Positions 56,187-64,000 of a DNA stretch of 64,000 bases are shown piece by piece. The translations under genes were made by a program, and so were the position numbers. The stretch covers positions 21,485 to 85,484 of the forward strand of contig JAUTXP010000051.1 of the NCBI GenBank assembly GCA_030837965.1, written 5' to 3'. Below the pieces are notes generated by a model. The model made no database searches, was not told the origin of the DNA, and was given only the letters and a program-made list of their open reading frames with translations. This DNA is from Acidimicrobiaceae bacterium (GTDB taxonomy: Bacteria > Actinomycetota > Acidimicrobiia > Acidimicrobiales > JAUTXP01). Positions within the stretch are counted from its first letter, which is position 1. Each line of letters opens with the position of its first letter.

Positions 56187-56222
56187 GTCGACCTCCCTTT
56201 CCCGTCTCGTTCTACCGCGGTT

Positions 56223-56238
56223 TAGACAGTTATGTCTA
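56223..56238. promoter_or_regulatory. candidate operator, perfect palindrome TAGACA-GTTA-TGTCTA
   Basis: Located in the AT-rich 90-nt divergent region between the SDR gene and the methyltransferase-glycosylase gene. Confidence 0.35.
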
Positions 56239-56276
56239 TCCAAACTTTCAATTGCCGTTGCTAGGGTGCGGCGGCC

Positions 56277-57365
56277 ATGGAGCGGTCGACGGTCCGGATC
56301 TACGAGATGCAAGCGGACGAATGGATCGCGGCCCGGCCCGCCAAGCGGGTCGAACTGGCGCAGAAGGTGGCGTCGTCCGCGCGGGCCGGACGGCCGGTGG
56401 TGGACGTGGGCTGCGGGCCGGGCGGCCACTTCGCCGTGCTGGCCGAGCAGGGCGCGTCGGTCGTCGGTGTGGACGCCGCGTTCTCGATGCTGGCCCACGC
56501 GCGGGACAACGTGGATGTCGCCGGGTCCAGCGTGGTGCAGGCCGACCTCATGGCCCTGCCCTTGGCCCGCCAGTCCTGCGGTGGCGCGTGGGCCCGCATG
56601 TCGTACCACCACATCCCCCGGGCCGACCTGCCGTTGGCGTTGGCCCATCTCCATCACGCGCTGGCCGTCGACGCGCCGTTGGCACTGGTGAGCCAGCGGG
56701 GCGCGGACGAGGGCGTGACCGGGGCCGACGACGAGTTCCCCGGCCGCTACTTCGCCTGTTGGGAGCCGGCGCCGTTGACCGACGTGCTCGTGGGCGCGGG
56801 CTTCGACGTGGCGTGGGCCGAGCCCGACGGCGACGAGGTGGTGGCGTGGGCCACGCGGGCCCGCACCCTGCCCGACACCGTCGGGCCCGGCATGCGGCTG
56901 CTGGTGTGCGGGCTGAACCCGAGCCTGTACGCGGCCGATGCGGGCGCGGGCTTCGCCCGTCGGGCCAACCGGTTCTGGCCCGCCATGACGGCCGCGGGTT
57001 TGGTCTGCGAGGCGCGGGCGTGGGACCCGTTGCATCTGCTGACCGGGCACGGCATCGGCATGACCGACCTGGTCAAGCGGGCCACGGTCGCGGCGGCCGA
57101 GTTGTCGGTCGAGGAATACCGGGCGGGCGTGGAGCGGGTGCGGCGGCTGGTGTCGTGGCTGCGGCCCGGCGCCGTGCTGTTCGTGGGGCTCGACGGTTGG
57201 CGCAAGGCGGTGGACCGGCGGGCCGTCGCGGGCGTGCAGCCGGACGGGTTCGGGGGCGTGCCTGCCTACGTCATGCCGTCGACCAGCGGCCTGAATGCGT
57301 CATCGCAACTGCCGGCGCTGACCGACCACCTCCGCGCCGCCGCCACCCTCCCCGCTCCCACCTGA
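56277..57365 (+). CDS. fusion protein: class I SAM-dependent methyltransferase domain + Mug/TDG-type (family 2) uracil/mismatch DNA glycosylase domain
   Basis: The N-terminus has SAM motif I, VVDVGCGPGGH. The C-terminus from ~aa 205 has LLVCGLNPSLYAADAGAGFARRANRFWPA and MPSTSGLNA, resembling the Mug GINPG and NPSGLS motifs. Confidence 0.75.
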   Translation: MERSTVRIYEMQADEWIAARPAKRVELAQKVASSARAGRPVVDVGCGPGGHFAVLAEQGASVVGVDAAFSMLAHARDNVDVAGSSVVQADLMALPLARQSCGGAWARMSYHHIPRADLPLALAHLHHALAVDAPLALVSQRGADEGVTGADDEFPGRYFACWEPAPLTDVLVGAGFDVAWAEPDGDEVVAWATRARTLPDTVGPGMRLLVCGLNPSLYAADAGAGFARRANRFWPAMTAAGLVCEARAWDPLHLLTGHGIGMTDLVKRATVAAAELSVEEYRAGVERVRRLVSWLRPGAVLFVGLDGWRKAVDRRAVAGVQPDGFGGVPAYVMPSTSGLNASSQLPALTDHLRAAATLPAPT

Positions 57366-57382
57366 ACCCGCCCCCTCCCGCG

Positions 57383-57413
57383 CTTTTCCACAGCAGCAGG
57401 TGCTGTGGAAAAG
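57383..57413 (+). repeat. family A palindromic intergenic element, copy A5
   Basis: CTTTTCCACAGCA-GCAGG-TGCTGTGGAAAAG lies between convergent stops at 57365 (+) and 57423 (-). The flanks are cccgccccctcccgcg on the 5' side and ttggggggg on the 3' side. Confidence 0.95.
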
Positions 57414-57422
57414 TTGGGGGGG

Positions 57423-58973
57423 TCAGTTGACGAGGCGGTCGCGGCCTTCCCAGTAGGGCTTGCGCATCTTGAACTTCTGGAGCTTGCCCGTGGCCGTGCG
57501 CTCCAGGACGTCACGGAACTCGACCGAGGTCGGGCACTTGTAATGGGCCAGGCGCGAGCGGCAGAACTCGCGCAGCTCGTCCTCGGTGACGTCGTCTCCT
57601 TCGCCCCCGCGGCGCACGATGAGGGCCTTCACCGTCTCGCCCCACTTGTCGTCGGGCACGCCGATGACGCAGGCCTCGGCCACGGCCGGGTGCTGGTAGA
57701 GACAGTCCTCCACCTCGATGGACGACACGTTCTCGCCGCCGGTGATGATCACGTCCTTCTTGCGGTCCTCGATGACGACGTAGGGCCCGTCGAGCTTGCC
57801 ACCGTCGCCCGTGTGGAACCAGCCGTCGCGCAAGGCCTTGGCCGACTCCTCGGGCTGCTCCCAGTAGCCCTCGAACACGACGTTGGAGCGGGCCAGGACT
57901 TCGCCCTCGTCGTCCACGGCCATGCGCACGCCGATGCCGGGCAGGCCGGCGCGGGCCAACCGCTCTGCCAGTTCGGCAGGCGGCAGGTCGTCCCATTCGG
58001 TGATGCGGCGGTTCATGGTGAGGAACGGCGAGGTCTCGGTGAGCCCGTAGATCTGAATGAACTCCCAGCCCAGTTCCGTGCCGACCCGCTCGATGGTCTT
58101 GGAGGGAGGCGGCGCGCCGGCCACCACCATGCGCACGCCCGCGGGCACGGGTGCGCCTGCCGCGGCCGCGTCGAGGATGGCGGCCACGACCGCGGGCGCG
58201 CCGCACAGGAGGGTGACGCCCTCGGCCTCGATGCGCTTGAGGATCTCGGCCCCGTCGACCTTGCGGATGACGACCTGCTTGCATCCCATGCCGGTGAGGG
58301 CGTAGGGCATGCCCCAGCCGTTGCAGTGGAACATGGGCAGCGTGTGGAGGTAGGTGTCGCGCTCGGTGATGGTGGTGTGCCAGCCAAAGGTGACGGCGTT
58401 GAGCCACAGGTTGCGGTGGGTGAGCTGCACCCCTTTGGGCCGGGCCGTGGTGCCGGAGGTGTAGTTGATGGACGCGGTGGCGTCCTCGTCTGGCGTCCAG
58501 CCCCGAGGCTCGGCTGCGGCGGTGGGGCCGAGGGCCGCGAACAGCTCGGCGTCCTGGGTGCCGTCGAGGACGATGCGGTGCTTGGCCGTCACGCCCGCGA
58601 GCGGCGCGTCGTACTCGGGGTCGACGAGCAGGACGGACGTGCCCGAGTGCTCGACGATGTAGGCGACCTCCTCGGCGTTGAGCCGGAAGTTGATGGGCAC
58701 GATGGTGCGGCCGTAGCCGCTGACGCCGAAGTAGGAGATGAGGAACTTGGCCGCGTTGGGGCTGACGATGCCGACCCGCTCGCCCGGGCCCACGCCCATG
58801 CGATCGAGGGCTACGGCCATGCCCTTGGCCCGGGCCGCCACCTCGCCGTAGGTGAGCCGGCCGAGGGCGCCGGGCGGGCCGGTCTCGGCGGGCTCGTCCA
58901 CCACCGCGGTGCGCTCGGGGAAGCACAGCGCGGCCCGGTCCAAGAAGTCGGCAACCGTGAGGGCAACCTTCAT
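57423..58973 (-). CDS. AMP-dependent acyl-CoA synthetase/ligase
   Basis: 516 aa with YTSGTTARPKGV, an adenylation core and a C-terminal ATGKLQKF. Confidence 0.9.
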   Translation of the reverse strand: MKVALTVADFLDRAALCFPERTAVVDEPAETGPPGALGRLTYGEVAARAKGMAVALDRMGVGPGERVGIVSPNAAKFLISYFGVSGYGRTIVPINFRLNAEEVAYIVEHSGTSVLLVDPEYDAPLAGVTAKHRIVLDGTQDAELFAALGPTAAAEPRGWTPDEDATASINYTSGTTARPKGVQLTHRNLWLNAVTFGWHTTITERDTYLHTLPMFHCNGWGMPYALTGMGCKQVVIRKVDGAEILKRIEAEGVTLLCGAPAVVAAILDAAAAGAPVPAGVRMVVAGAPPPSKTIERVGTELGWEFIQIYGLTETSPFLTMNRRITEWDDLPPAELAERLARAGLPGIGVRMAVDDEGEVLARSNVVFEGYWEQPEESAKALRDGWFHTGDGGKLDGPYVVIEDRKKDVIITGGENVSSIEVEDCLYQHPAVAEACVIGVPDDKWGETVKALIVRRGGEGDDVTEDELREFCRSRLAHYKCPTSVEFRDVLERTATGKLQKFKMRKPYWEGRDRLVN

Positions 58974-59039
58974 GGCCGCACCCTACCGCCGGCGCTGCAT
59001 CCACCGACCCGAACAACACGGTTGGTATTTTCGGTGGGT

Positions 59040-59258
59040 ATGGACGAGTGCCGTGGTCTGCTGGTCACGCATCTGGATGGGCGCGTGGAGTGCCTGGACA
59101 GTGCCTGCGTGAGCTTTGACGGCCCTCGGCACGAGTGGCGGACAGGCTGTGACGACGTGCCCGGCCTGTGCGCCTGCTCCGTTCCGGCCACTGCCGCCGC
59201 CGGCTCGGGCGAGTCCCGCTCGTCCCGCTCCCGCCGCGGCCAAGCCGAAGCCGCCTAA
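59040..59258 (+). CDS. possible small Cys-rich protein (72 aa)
   Basis: MDECRGLLVTHLDGRVECLDSACVSFDGPRHEWRTGCDDVPGLCACS... has moderate GC3 bias and ends 17 nt before repeat A6. The SD is weak. Confidence 0.3.
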   Translation: MDECRGLLVTHLDGRVECLDSACVSFDGPRHEWRTGCDDVPGLCACSVPATAAAGSGESRSSRSRRGQAEAA

Positions 59259-59274
59259 CCCCCGTACCCCCACC

Positions 59275-59324
59275 CTCTCCATCTTTTCCACAGCACCTGT
59301 TGCTGTGGAAAAGATCAGACGGGG
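59275..59324 (-). repeat. family A element, copy A6 (50-nt block identical to A7)
   Basis: CTCTCCATCTTTTCCACAGCACCTGTTGCTGTGGAAAAGATCAGACGGGG. The core is 59283-59313 and the loop is ACAGG on the minus strand. The block includes the stop and last two codons of the lipoprotein gene. Confidence 0.95.
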
Positions 59325-60184
59325 CCGACGATCCACCACTCGGTCGTGGAGTCGCGGGCGAACGGGGCCGCGCTCGGAGACGTCGACTCGACCGTCTGCT
59401 TCACCACGATGCCGAGCGAGGGGGCATACCAGTCCTCGACCGCGTCGTGCTGCTCGTGGCCCGACGACCGGGTGACCGACACTCGCTTCACGACATACAC
59501 GGCGGTGGACCTGCCTGCGATGGAGAACGAGTCGGTTCTGACCACGTCGGCGGTCGACTCTTCGGTTCTCTCCACCGGGCCCGAGCGGGTCGCGTCTCGG
59601 CATGACACCGACGACGTCCAATGGGCGCCGACCGAAGATGGCTGGGGGATGACGGTGCGAGCCGGTCGCCATGGGCAGTCCGACTCGGCGCCGGCGTCGG
59701 CGCTCGATGCGAACTGCCACCGCACGCGTTGCTCCTCCACGGCGTGATCGGTCGTCTGCAGAGTGCGGGTGAAAACCTGGCCCGTCGAGTCGTCGGCGAA
59801 GGCCACGTCCCTCATCGTCGAGCCTGCTACCGGGGTGATGGTCAGCGTCGCCCTGAACGTCGATTGGCTCACCGCGTTCGACGTCCGGCTCCCTTGCACC
59901 ACGAAGCGGGCAGCCGCCGGGGCCGACGAAGACGGCGACCCCGTCTGCCCCGTCGGCAAGGTCGAGTTGGACCCCGTCTTCCCAGTGGTTGCCGTGCCGC
60001 GGCTTCGTGGATCCGACGCCTGGGCCGTGGCCGACGACTGGACGCGCCGGTCCGCATGAGGGCCGGCCTGGCCGGCATCCGATCCCAACCGCCGCCCGCT
60101 CCCGGTGGACGCCGACCCTGAACAGGCGCCCACCAACAGCGCGCTCGTCAGCGCGACCGCGACGTAACGGAATCGCATCGACAC
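59315..60184 (-). CDS. hypothetical lipoprotein
   Basis: 289 aa with signal peptide plus lipobox LLVGAC, followed by a Ser/Thr/Gly-rich linker. No domain was recognised. Confidence 0.65.
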   Translation of the reverse strand: MSMRFRYVAVALTSALLVGACSGSASTGSGRRLGSDAGQAGPHADRRVQSSATAQASDPRSRGTATTGKTGSNSTLPTGQTGSPSSSAPAAARFVVQGSRTSNAVSQSTFRATLTITPVAGSTMRDVAFADDSTGQVFTRTLQTTDHAVEEQRVRWQFASSADAGAESDCPWRPARTVIPQPSSVGAHWTSSVSCRDATRSGPVERTEESTADVVRTDSFSIAGRSTAVYVVKRVSVTRSSGHEQHDAVEDWYAPSLGIVVKQTVESTSPSAAPFARDSTTEWWIVGPV

Positions 60185-60185
60185 A

Positions 60186-60638
60186 TCAAGGCTCGTACGC
60201 GGGAAGTCGGCAACCCAGGAATGCAGTCGAGTTCAGGCTTCCAAACGCGATCTCGCCCCGGTCAAAGACAGCTTTCTGCTCCCAGTGGAGGACGAAGTAG
60301 TACGGGCCGTCGTCGGGACAGTTCTGAGTAATCACGCCCAAGCTGGCCCGGTCGACGATGACCACCGGCTGCCCGTTTCCCATGATCCAGATGATCTGCG
60401 TGTGCTCGTCGGCGCACGCCACGCCCGGACAGCCCAATTGGTTGCCGTTGGCATAGCCCTCGATGCGGTCGTCGCATCGAGGACCGGTAAAAACCGTTGG
60501 CGTACACGTGTATTGGAGCGAGGGTCCCGCCAGACTCACGTCGGTCGACGCCTCCGTGCCTTCGACGCCGCTCGCCATCGTGGCCAGGCCGACGAGAACG
60601 GTCGCGACGAGCAATCGAGCCCAGATGGCGGGTCTCAC
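60186..60638 (-). CDS. hypothetical secreted Cys-containing protein
   Basis: 150 aa from GTG 60638 (VRPAIWARLLVATVLVGLATMASG signal-like), with 6 Cys in the mature part. The track start 60746 runs through repeat A7. Confidence 0.55.
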   Translation of the reverse strand: MRPAIWARLLVATVLVGLATMASGVEGTEASTDVSLAGPSLQYTCTPTVFTGPRCDDRIEGYANGNQLGCPGVACADEHTQIIWIMGNGQPVVIVDRASLGVITQNCPDDGPYYFVLHWEQKAVFDRGEIAFGSLNSTAFLGCRLPAYEP

Positions 60639-60683
60639 CTCCCTGCAACACCTCCAGCGAGTGAATTCCGGAGAACCATACCG

Positions 60684-60733
60684 CTCTCCATCTTTTCCAC
60701 AGCACCTGTTGCTGTGGAAAAGATCAGACGGGG
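60684..60733 (-). repeat. family A element, copy A7 (50-nt block identical to A6)
   Basis: The same 50 nt as 59275-59324, with the core at 60692-60722. It lies 20 nt below the methyltransferase stop (60743). Confidence 0.95.
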
Positions 60734-60742
60734 GGGGCGGGT

Positions 60743-61318
60743 TCACTTGCGGGCGCGGAAGCGGAAGGCGCCTTTGCCGGCTTGCACGCGCACGTCGGTG
60801 AAGCCGGCGGCCTCCAGCCGGGCGCCGAAGGTGGACGGGTCAACCAGGACCATCGTGTCGAACAGGTGGGCGGCGCGAAACAGTGCGCTGGTCGTGCTGT
60901 CGCTGCCCGCGAACACGGAGCCGGGTCGCAGCACCCGGTGCACCTCGGCCAGCAGCTTGTCCTGCAAGGCGACCGACGGGACGTGGTGCAGCATGGTGAA
61001 GCACACGGCCGCGGAAAAGCGTTCGTCCTCGAAGGGCATGGCCGTGCCGTCGCCCTCCACCACCTCCACGTTCGTGCCCGCCAGCCGCGCCGACAGTGAC
61101 GACGCCAACGCCGGGTCGATCTCCAGACACGTGAGCCGACCCGCTTTGACCCGCAAGGCGTCAGTGGCCAGACCAGGACCGGGCCCGACCTCGAGCGCGT
61201 CGTCGCCCAACTCGACACTCCCCGCGGCCCACGGCAGCACCTTGTCCTGCAACGTGGTGCGCCACCGGTCGCTGCGGCAGTACCACCGATGGAAGCGGTT
61301 CATCGCAGCGGCGATCAA
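60743..61318 (-). CDS. class I SAM-dependent methyltransferase
   Basis: 191 aa with motif I LEVGPGPG and a Methyltransf_11/25-like layout. Confidence 0.8.
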   Translation of the reverse strand: MIAAAMNRFHRWYCRSDRWRTTLQDKVLPWAAGSVELGDDALEVGPGPGLATDALRVKAGRLTCLEIDPALASSLSARLAGTNVEVVEGDGTAMPFEDERFSAAVCFTMLHHVPSVALQDKLLAEVHRVLRPGSVFAGSDSTTSALFRAAHLFDTMVLVDPSTFGARLEAAGFTDVRVQAGKGAFRFRARK

Positions 61319-61327
61319 GCGGCCCCG

Positions 61328-62533
61328 CTAGTTGCGGGGGACCTGGCTCCAGGGCAGCGCCTTGTCCGTGCGCACGTCGCCGGGCAGGCCCAGCACCCGT
61401 TCACCAAGGATGTTGCGCATGATCTCGGACGTGCCCCCCTCGATCGAGTTGGCCCGGGCTCGCAAGAACGCCTTTTGCACAGAGTCCGAGGCCATGGCCG
61501 TCTCCGGCCGCACCATCTCGTACGTCTTGTAGAGCATCCCCTCGGGCCCGAGCAGGTCGATGCACAGCTCGTAGATCTTCTTGTTCAACTCGGCGAAGTG
61601 GAGCTTGCCGGTCGACCCCTCGGGGCCGGGCACGCCTTGGCGCCGGTTCTGCGAGGCCCTGATGTTGGTGAGGCGCAACACCTCGGCCTCGATCCACAAC
61701 TGCATGAGCCTGTCCCGCAGCACCGGGCTCTGCTGCTCGACGGGCCGCTTGTGCCACAGGTCGACGGCCGCGGCGATCGGCCCCGCGCCCCGCGGGATGA
61801 CGGTGCCGCCGATCGACACCCGCTCGTTCATCAACGTGGTCAGCGACACCCGCCAGCCCTCGCCCACGTCACCCAGCCGCTCTGAGTCCGGGATGCGCAC
61901 GTCGGTGAAGAACACCTCGTTGAACTCGGCCTCGCCCGTCATCTGCCGCAGCGGCTTCACCTCGACGCCGGGCGCGTGCATGTCGACCACGAAGTAGGTG
62001 AGGCCCTTGTGCTTGGGGGCCTCTGAGTCGGTCCGCGCCACGAGCATGCCCCAGCGCGACAGATGGGCCAGCGTGGTCCAGACCTTCTGCCCGTTCACGA
62101 TCCACTCGTCGCCGTCGCGCACGGCCCGGGTCGACAGCGACGCCACATCGGAGCCCGCGCCGGGCTCGCTGAAGAGCTGGCACCACACCTCCTCGCCCGT
62201 GAACAGCGGACGCAGATACCGGCGCTTCTGCTCGTCGCTGCCGTGGGTCATGACGGTCGGCGCGCCCATCCCGTGCCCGATGGGATTGCGGTAGTACGGG
62301 TTGGGCCCGCCCGCGGCAGCGACGGCCTCGTTCACGACCTTCTGCAGCTTGGGCGACAGGCCGAGGCCGCCCTCGCCCTCAGGGAAGTGGACCCACGCCA
62401 AGCCGGCGTCGTACTGGGCCCCGAGGAAGCTGCGGGCGTCGGTCGACGACGGCGGATGCTCGGCGAGCAGTTGCTCCACCCGGTCGCGCACCAGGCGCTC
62501 GTCGGCACTGATGGAGGCGTCTACAACGGTCAT
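61328..62533 (-). CDS. acyl-CoA dehydrogenase (paralog of 33303-34544)
   Basis: 401 aa with QLFSEPGAGSDVASLSTRAVRDGDEWIVNGQKVWTT and a C-terminal GGTSEIMRNILGERVLGLP. Confidence 0.9.
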   Translation of the reverse strand: MTVVDASISADERLVRDRVEQLLAEHPPSSTDARSFLGAQYDAGLAWVHFPEGEGGLGLSPKLQKVVNEAVAAAGGPNPYYRNPIGHGMGAPTVMTHGSDEQKRRYLRPLFTGEEVWCQLFSEPGAGSDVASLSTRAVRDGDEWIVNGQKVWTTLAHLSRWGMLVARTDSEAPKHKGLTYFVVDMHAPGVEVKPLRQMTGEAEFNEVFFTDVRIPDSERLGDVGEGWRVSLTTLMNERVSIGGTVIPRGAGPIAAAVDLWHKRPVEQQSPVLRDRLMQLWIEAEVLRLTNIRASQNRRQGVPGPEGSTGKLHFAELNKKIYELCIDLLGPEGMLYKTYEMVRPETAMASDSVQKAFLRARANSIEGGTSEIMRNILGERVLGLPGDVRTDKALPWSQVPRN

Positions 62534-62589
62534 GGGTCGAGGCTAGCCCGCACCCGCGAACCACTCACCGCCCCTCTCACCGGCCCCAC

Positions 62590-63042
62590 TCACCGGCCCG
62601 ACGAGGGGATCGATGCGGCGTCCGACTCGACCGCCACCTCGAACCAGACCGACTTGCCCGCCCCCACTGGCTCGACGCCCCAGCGGCTCGCCAACGCATC
62701 GACCAGTTGCAGGCCCCGGCCCGACTCCTCGTCCTCATCCGGCACCCTGCGCAACGGCGGCCGGGGGCTCCTGTCATGGACCTCGATGCGCACCACGCCC
62801 CCGCCGTTGCGCATCACCAGCTCGACGTCCGAGCCGACGTGCACGATGGCATTGGTCACCAGTTCGTCGGTGCACAACAACACGACCTCGTCCCCGACCA
62901 TCACCCGCCACCGATACAGCACGTCGCGCACGAAGCGACGGGCCGCGGCCGAACTGGTGGGGTGGGAACTGAGCCGCGTGCGCGCCACCGCAGGCTGTGG
63001 CTCGGTGTCAAGGGCCCACTCCATCCCCTGCCTGCTGCCCAA
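62590..63042 (-). CDS. HATPase_c_2 anti-sigma-factor-type Ser/Thr kinase (RsbW/SpoIIAB-like)
   Basis: 150 aa with the N-box ELVTNAIVH and GRGLQLVDALASRWG. An alternative start MEWALD is at 63024. Confidence 0.7.
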   Translation of the reverse strand: MGSRQGMEWALDTEPQPAVARTRLSSHPTSSAAARRFVRDVLYRWRVMVGDEVVLLCTDELVTNAIVHVGSDVELVMRNGGGVVRIEVHDRSPRPPLRRVPDEDEESGRGLQLVDALASRWGVEPVGAGKSVWFEVAVESDAASIPSSGR

Positions 63043-63095
63043 CGGCCACGCACACCAAACCCGACCCGCACGCGGCCGGCCTACCCTGCGCGTCC

Positions 63096-64000
63096 GTGGT
63101 GGTGGTCCGCGTCCTCGTGTTCTTGGCCGGCACCGCGCTCATTGTGGCCGTGGTCAGCTCGGCCGTGCGCACCATGATCGTGCCCCGCGGCATCCCCGCC
63201 GTCCTGGCCCGCGGCGTGTTCGTGGTGATGCGCAGGCTGTTCCGCGCCCTCACCCCACGCAAGGCTGACTACCGGCGCCGCGACCGGGTCATGACCTATT
63301 ACGCGCCCATGTCGTTGGTGGCCCTTCCCATGGTCTGGCTCACCATCGTGGCCACCGGGTATGCCGCCCTGTACTGGGCCCTCGGCCTCCACTCGTTGCG
63401 CGCCGCGTTCCGTCTCTCGGGCTCGTCGCTCTTCACGCTCGGCTTCGTCACGCCGCGAGGCGCCGCCACCCATGTGCTCGTCTTCACCGAGGCGGGCGCG
63501 GGCGTGGGCCTGCTGGCCCTGCTCATCACCTACCTGCCGAGCCTCTACTCGACCTTCTCCCGCAGAGAGGCGGCCGTGGCCCTCCTCGAATCACGCGCCG
63601 GAGGGGCGGGCAGCCGCTTCGGCTTCGGGCCCTCCGGGGTCGAGCTGTTGTGGCGGTTCCACACCATCGGCCTGCGGGGCGGGCTGGACGAGGTGTGGGA
63701 GCAGTGGGAGAACTGGTTCGTGGACTTGGAGGAGACGCACACGTCGCTGCCCGCGCTGTCCTTCTTCCGCTCGCCCCAGCCCGACCGCTCATGGGTGACA
63801 GCCGCGGGCGCGGTGCTCGACGGCGCCGCCCTCTACGTCTCCACCGTCAAGGGCGCGCCCGACCCCCAGGCTCAGCTCTGCATCCGTGCCGGCTACCTCG
63901 CCCTTCGGCACATCGCCGACTTCTTCGACATCACCTACGACACCGAGCCCCAGCGCGGCGACCCCATCGCCGTCACCCGGGAGGAGTGGGACAAGGCCTG
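63096..64000 (+). CDS. hypothetical membrane protein (3' end beyond window)
   Basis: Not in the ORF track because it has no stop in the window. My translation from GTG 63096 is VVVVRVLVFLAGTALIVAVVSSAVRTMIVPRG...SLFTLGFVTPRG...WEQWENWFVDLEETH..., open to the window end with high GC3. Confidence 0.5.
   Translation, partial: MVVVRVLVFLAGTALIVAVVSSAVRTMIVPRGIPAVLARGVFVVMRRLFRALTPRKADYRRRDRVMTYYAPMSLVALPMVWLTIVATGYAALYWALGLHSLRAAFRLSGSSLFTLGFVTPRGAATHVLVFTEAGAGVGLLALLITYLPSLYSTFSRREAAVALLESRAGGAGSRFGFGPSGVELLWRFHTIGLRGGLDEVWEQWENWFVDLEETHTSLPALSFFRSPQPDRSWVTAAGAVLDGAALYVSTVKGAPDPQAQLCIRAGYLALRHIADFFDITYDTEPQRGDPIAVTREEWDKA

Noticed and set aside
23904-60733. Family A repeats as a CRISPR array
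   Set aside because: Copies are kilobases apart and separated by ordinary genes. They occur in both orientations and are perfect palindromes. There is no regular repeat-spacer periodicity and no cas genes.
59275-60733. Family A elements as integron attC sites flanking a cassette
   Set aside because: There are no RYYYAAC/GTTRRRY core sites, no extrahelical-base asymmetry typical of attC, and no intI or attI in the window.

Overview
All calls come from reading the sequence and the ORF track. No searches or computations were run, and GC and similarity statements are by eye. The window is a densely packed, high-GC, actinobacterial-type chromosomal segment. Four things support that assignment: TCGAAC-N4-GTTCGA LexA boxes, an imuA'-imuB/dnaE2 mutasome, the F420 gene cofC/fbiD placed divergently from gpsA as I recall for M. 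tuberculosis, and an HU protein with a Lys/Ala tail. I support about 55 protein-coding genes, mostly housekeeping or metabolic. These include three acyl-CoA dehydrogenases, an amino-acid ABC importer, a fused ABC exporter, a class A PBP, GDH, kynureninase, a P450, an AMP-ligase, SelD, RNase HII and a QueA-like protein. There is also one TPP riboswitch, two SOS boxes, one frameshifted gene, and no tRNA, rRNA, CRISPR or obvious IS element. Many long ORFs in the track are antisense or off-frame shadows typical of GC-rich DNA. The strongest non-genic signal is two families of sequence-conserved intergenic palindromic hairpins. Family A has 7 copies of the core CTTTTCCACAGCA-N5-TGCTGTGGAAAAG. Family B has 2 clear copies plus 1 degenerate copy of TTCTGGGCACCTTTTCTTG...CAAGAAAAGGTGCCCAGAA. 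Each sits between a C-tract and a G-tract just after a gene end. Two 50-nt identical family A copies bracket a two-gene secreted-protein cassette that looks more AT-rich than its surroundings. Other points of interest are listed below.
- A hairpin-rich, G-rich ~400-nt gene-free region lies next to the imuA' SOS box and ends in a T7 run.
- An S8 protease carries a C-terminal (GGNWY)n repeat.
- A split arrangement of genes resembles cyanobacterial ArgZ/AgrE.
- A SAM-methyltransferase is fused to a Mug-type glycosylase.
- An MprF-type synthase carries an unusual N-terminal domain.
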